DNA of 24,000 nucleotides from Gaiellales bacterium (GTDB lineage: Bacteria; Actinomycetota; Thermoleophilia; Gaiellales; F1-60-MAGs149): positions 84,975 to 108,974 of the forward strand of contig JBKJIG010000031.1 of NCBI GenBank assembly GCA_046598415.1, read 5' to 3'. Both the position numbers and the translations under genes were made by a program. This document shows, piece after piece, positions 21,812 to 24,000 of the stretch; the stretch's first letter is position 1, and each line of letters opens with the position of its first letter. The notes under the pieces are model-generated. The model searched no databases. It saw only the letters and a list, made by a program, of their open reading frames with translations, and had not been told where the DNA came from.

Positions 21812-22597
21812 ATGCGAACGACCGCTGCTGCACGGGCCCACGCCGATCGGGTTACACTCGCCGCCACCATATGTACCCGGTCGATCCGCTCTCTCCCCCC
21901 GAGACCCGTCAGCCCACCTGCGATAGTCCGCCGCGGACGTCCCCCGCCAAGGAGCGTTGCCACGGGCAACACGCGCATTGATCCGCGGAACCGGTTCAAC
22001 CTGATCTCGCGCACGGGCCTCTACGACCCGCTGACGGCGCTGTCGTTCGGCCGGGCCGGACGGCGGATGCACCGCGAGCTGGTGCGCGCGGCCGGTATCG
22101 AGACGGGCGCCCAGGTGCTCGACGTCGCCTGCGGGCCGGGCCGCAACCTGCCGCTGCTGCTCGAGGCCGTCGGCCCCGGTGGCCGAGTCGTGGGCGTCGA
22201 CATCTCGCCGAGCATGCTGGCGCGAGCCCGCAGCCGCGCCGTCGACGCCGAGCTGCTTGAGGCCGACATCTCCGGCGGCCTGCCGTTCGGCGACGGGATG
22301 TTCGACGCCGTCGTGTCCTCGTTCGGACTGTCGTGCGTGCCGCGCATCTCGCCGGCGCTGGACGAGATCATGCGCGTGCTGCGCGCTGACGGCGTGATCG
22401 CGGTCGCCGACGCGAAGATGGTCAACTGGCACCCGCGCCCGCTCGGCGCCCTCGTCACCGCGGCCGTGTCGCCGTTCAACTCCTGGTACCCCGAACGCGA
22501 CCTGGCGGCGATGGTCGAGGCGCGCGGGATGGTCGTCCAGCGGCTGCCCACGTCGTCCGACGCGTTCGTGCTGTTCAAGGCCCTGCACCCGGGGTGA
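21812..22597 (+). CDS. Class I SAM-dependent methyltransferase (start codon unresolved)
   Basis: Motif I VLDVACGPGRN, plus VVGVDISPSMLARA, FDAVVSSFGL and LRADGVIAV. A family-like N-terminal segment RFNLISRTGLYDPLTALSFG (about 21989-22048) lies upstream of the first good ATG (22067). The ATG at 21812 is the nearest canonical in-frame start further upstream. Confidence 0.75.
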   Translation: MRTTAAARAHADRVTLAATICTRSIRSLPPRPVSPPAIVRRGRPPPRSVATGNTRIDPRNRFNLISRTGLYDPLTALSFGRAGRRMHRELVRAAGIETGAQVLDVACGPGRNLPLLLEAVGPGGRVVGVDISPSMLARARSRAVDAELLEADISGGLPFGDGMFDAVVSSFGLSCVPRISPALDEIMRVLRADGVIAVADAKMVNWHPRPLGALVTAAVSPFNSWYPERDLAAMVEARGMVVQRLPTSSDAFVLFKALHPG

Positions 22598-22769
22598 GGC
22601 AGATGCCCATCCAGCGCGGGTCGGCCGACGTCGCGCTGGCCGCATCCGCCGCCTCACCCCTTCCACGGTACGCCGCCCGTCCGTGACCTGAGGCGCACGT
22701 ATTCCCACCACGGCCGCGCGAGCCGCACCGGTCGCGCGATCCACGCGTCTCCCGCGCGCCTTTCATGTT

Positions 22770-22810
22770 GGGGTCAGACCCCAAAAACGGCGATTCCGGG
22801 GTCTGACCCC
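22770..22810. repeat. Twin 13-bp palindromes GGGGTCAGACCCC and GGGGTCTGACCCC separated by 15 nt (AAAAACGGCGATTCC)
   Basis: Each unit is self-complementary around its central base. The two units are also reverse complements of each other, so a 13-bp stem with a 15-nt loop is possible. They lie in the convergent intergenic gap between the methyltransferase and the TMADH-family gene. Confidence 0.7.
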
Positions 22811-22874
22811 GACACGGGACACGCGCCGGGACGCGCAGAGGTGTCAACCGGCTGGCGCAGGAACCGACGCGACG

Positions 22875-24000
22875 TCAGCCGATCACGCGCGGCTCGCGCC
22901 GCACCGGCGCCGGGACCATCGGGTCGGGCTCCTCGATCTCCATCGCCAGGCGATGCCCGTCGAAGATGCAGTCGGCGAGCAGTCGCGGCGCCACGCAGTC
23001 GCCGACCGCGTACGCATCGCCGAGCGCCAGCCGCAGCTCGTCGCGGGGACGGCGGGCGGTGACGAGGACGACGGTGTCGCACGCGAGCTCACCCGGTTCG
23101 CCGAAGACGTTGCGCGTCGCGCAGGCACCGGCGGCGACCGCGGTCAGCTCGACCTCGCAGACCACCCGGCAGCCGAGCGCGTGCAGGCGGCGGCGGGCAT
23201 GGTCGCCCTCGAAGGTGCGGTCGAGGAACGGCCCGGCCACCGGCAGCGGCGTCACCAGCGTGATGTCGTGCCCGCGGCCGGCGAGCAGCTCGGCCATGCC
23301 GGCGCCCATGAAGTAGCCCTCGCAGTCGTAGACCACGACGCGCCGGCCCACCTCGGCACCGGCGACGACCTGCTCGGGCGTCAGCGTGTGCCCGTCGCCG
23401 GCGCCGGCGAGCGGCTCGTGCGTGGCGGGCGCCAGGCCGTCGGCACGCCACTCGGCACCGGTGGCGAGCACCAGGATGTCGGCGCCGTAGCCGGCGATCT
23501 CGTCCGCCGTCAGCTCGGTCGACGTGACGATCTCGACGTTCTTCGCGCGCGTCAGCTGCCCGCGCCGCCAGTCGACCGCGCGCTGCCACTCCCCCAGTCC
23601 CGGCAGCCCCGCCGCGAGCGCCGCGTAGCCGCCCAGCTGCGCGTTGCGCTCGACCAGATGCACGCGCGCCAGCCCGCGCCGGGCCAGCGTGAGGGCGCAC
23701 TGCATGCCGGCCACGCCGCCGCCGACGACCAGCGCGTCGCGGCGCCGGTCGGCCACCGGCGGCATCCGCTCGGGATGCCAGCCGCGGCGGTGCTCCTCGC
23801 CCGCGGTCGGGTTCTGCGTGCACATGATCTGGTCGCTCGTCTGGACGCGCGCGAGGCAGATGTTGCAGCCGATGCACTCGCGGATGTCGGCGTACGCGCC
23901 GGCTTCGATCTTGGCCGGCAGGTACGGGTCGGCGATCGACGGCCGGGCGCCGCCGATGATGTCCCAGACACCCGACCGGACGATCTCGGCCATCGCGTCG
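22875..24000 (-). CDS. Trimethylamine/dimethylamine/histamine dehydrogenase-family flavoprotein (OYE-like FMN + 4Fe-4S + ADP-binding domains). The N-terminal part lies outside the window.
   Basis: IGGARPSIADPYLPAKIEAG, IRECIGCNIC, CTQNPTAGEEHRRGWHPE, VVGGGVAGMQ, AGLPGLGEW and PRLLADCIFDGHRLAMEIEE closely follow my recollection of Methylophilus TMADH ([47 protein letters not shown]). Confidence 0.85.
   Translation of the reverse strand, partial: DAMAEIVRSGVWDIIGGARPSIADPYLPAKIEAGAYADIRECIGCNICLARVQTSDQIMCTQNPTAGEEHRRGWHPERMPPVADRRRDALVVGGGVAGMQCALTLARRGLARVHLVERNAQLGGYAALAAGLPGLGEWQRAVDWRRGQLTRAKNVEIVTSTELTADEIAGYGADILVLATGAEWRADGLAPATHEPLAGAGDGHTLTPEQVVAGAEVGRRVVVYDCEGYFMGAGMAELLAGRGHDITLVTPLPVAGPFLDRTFEGDHARRRLHALGCRVVCEVELTAVAAGACATRNVFGEPGELACDTVVLVTARRPRDELRLALGDAYAVGDCVAPRLLADCIFDGHRLAMEIEEPDPMVPAPVRREPRVIG

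Noticed and set aside
22575-22847. 90-aa minus-strand ORF spanning the methyltransferase/TMADH intergenic gap
   Set aside because: The translation is Gly/Arg-rich, overlaps the methyltransferase 3' end and runs through the twin palindromes. It is most likely non-coding.
1-24000. Search for CRISPR arrays, tRNA/rRNA genes, transposases, integrases, toxin-antitoxin pairs or known defence-system genes
   Set aside because: I saw no spaced direct repeats, no tRNA-like T-arm or anticodon structures in intergenic regions, and no ORF with recombinase, nuclease or defence signatures. Absence was judged by eye only and should be confirmed with tRNAscan/Infernal/ISfinder-type tools.

Overview
Very GC-rich, actinobacterial-type chromosomal window with about 26 genes. 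I found no rRNA, tRNA, CRISPR array, transposase or integrase. Many of the long ORFs in the six-frame track are antisense or shadow artefacts of the high GC content.

Left two-thirds (about 1.7-16.2 kb): a hypoxia/dormancy-style island. It holds six universal stress protein (USP) genes (one of them tandem), a DUF1918 gene, and a DosS/DevS-like double-GAF heme sensor kinase. The kinase overlaps convergently with a degenerate receiver-only protein, and no DosR-type HTH regulator is present. The island also holds a DUF4389 membrane protein, a dihydroorotate-dehydrogenase-like flavoprotein translationally coupled to phosphoketolase, and a two-subunit heme-copper oxidase. An ADP-forming acetyl-CoA synthetase sits at the left edge.

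Main finding: every transcription unit of this island is preceded, 64-96 nt upstream of its start codon, by a 15-bp palindrome TGCGGN-WWW-NCCGCA (best form TGCGGGAAACCCGCA). There are 8 copies and all are intergenic. This looks like an uncharacterised regulon operator that differs from the canonical mycobacterial DosR box.

Right third: an operon with a SipW/Sec11-type (S26B) signal peptidase fused to a DUF5305-like membrane module. It is flanked by two small secreted proteins that share an FTASNTVP motif just after their signal peptides, suggesting a fibre/pilus-like secretion-maturation module. This is followed by a polar amino-acid ABC transporter, a SAM methyltransferase and a partial trimethylamine-dehydrogenase-family flavoprotein.

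Other observations: a decayed pseudogene stretch (PRC/MgtE_N-like plus an almost fully deleted Nramp-like gene), a 47-bp perfect inverted repeat within convergent USP paralogs, and twin GGGGTCWGACCCC palindromes.
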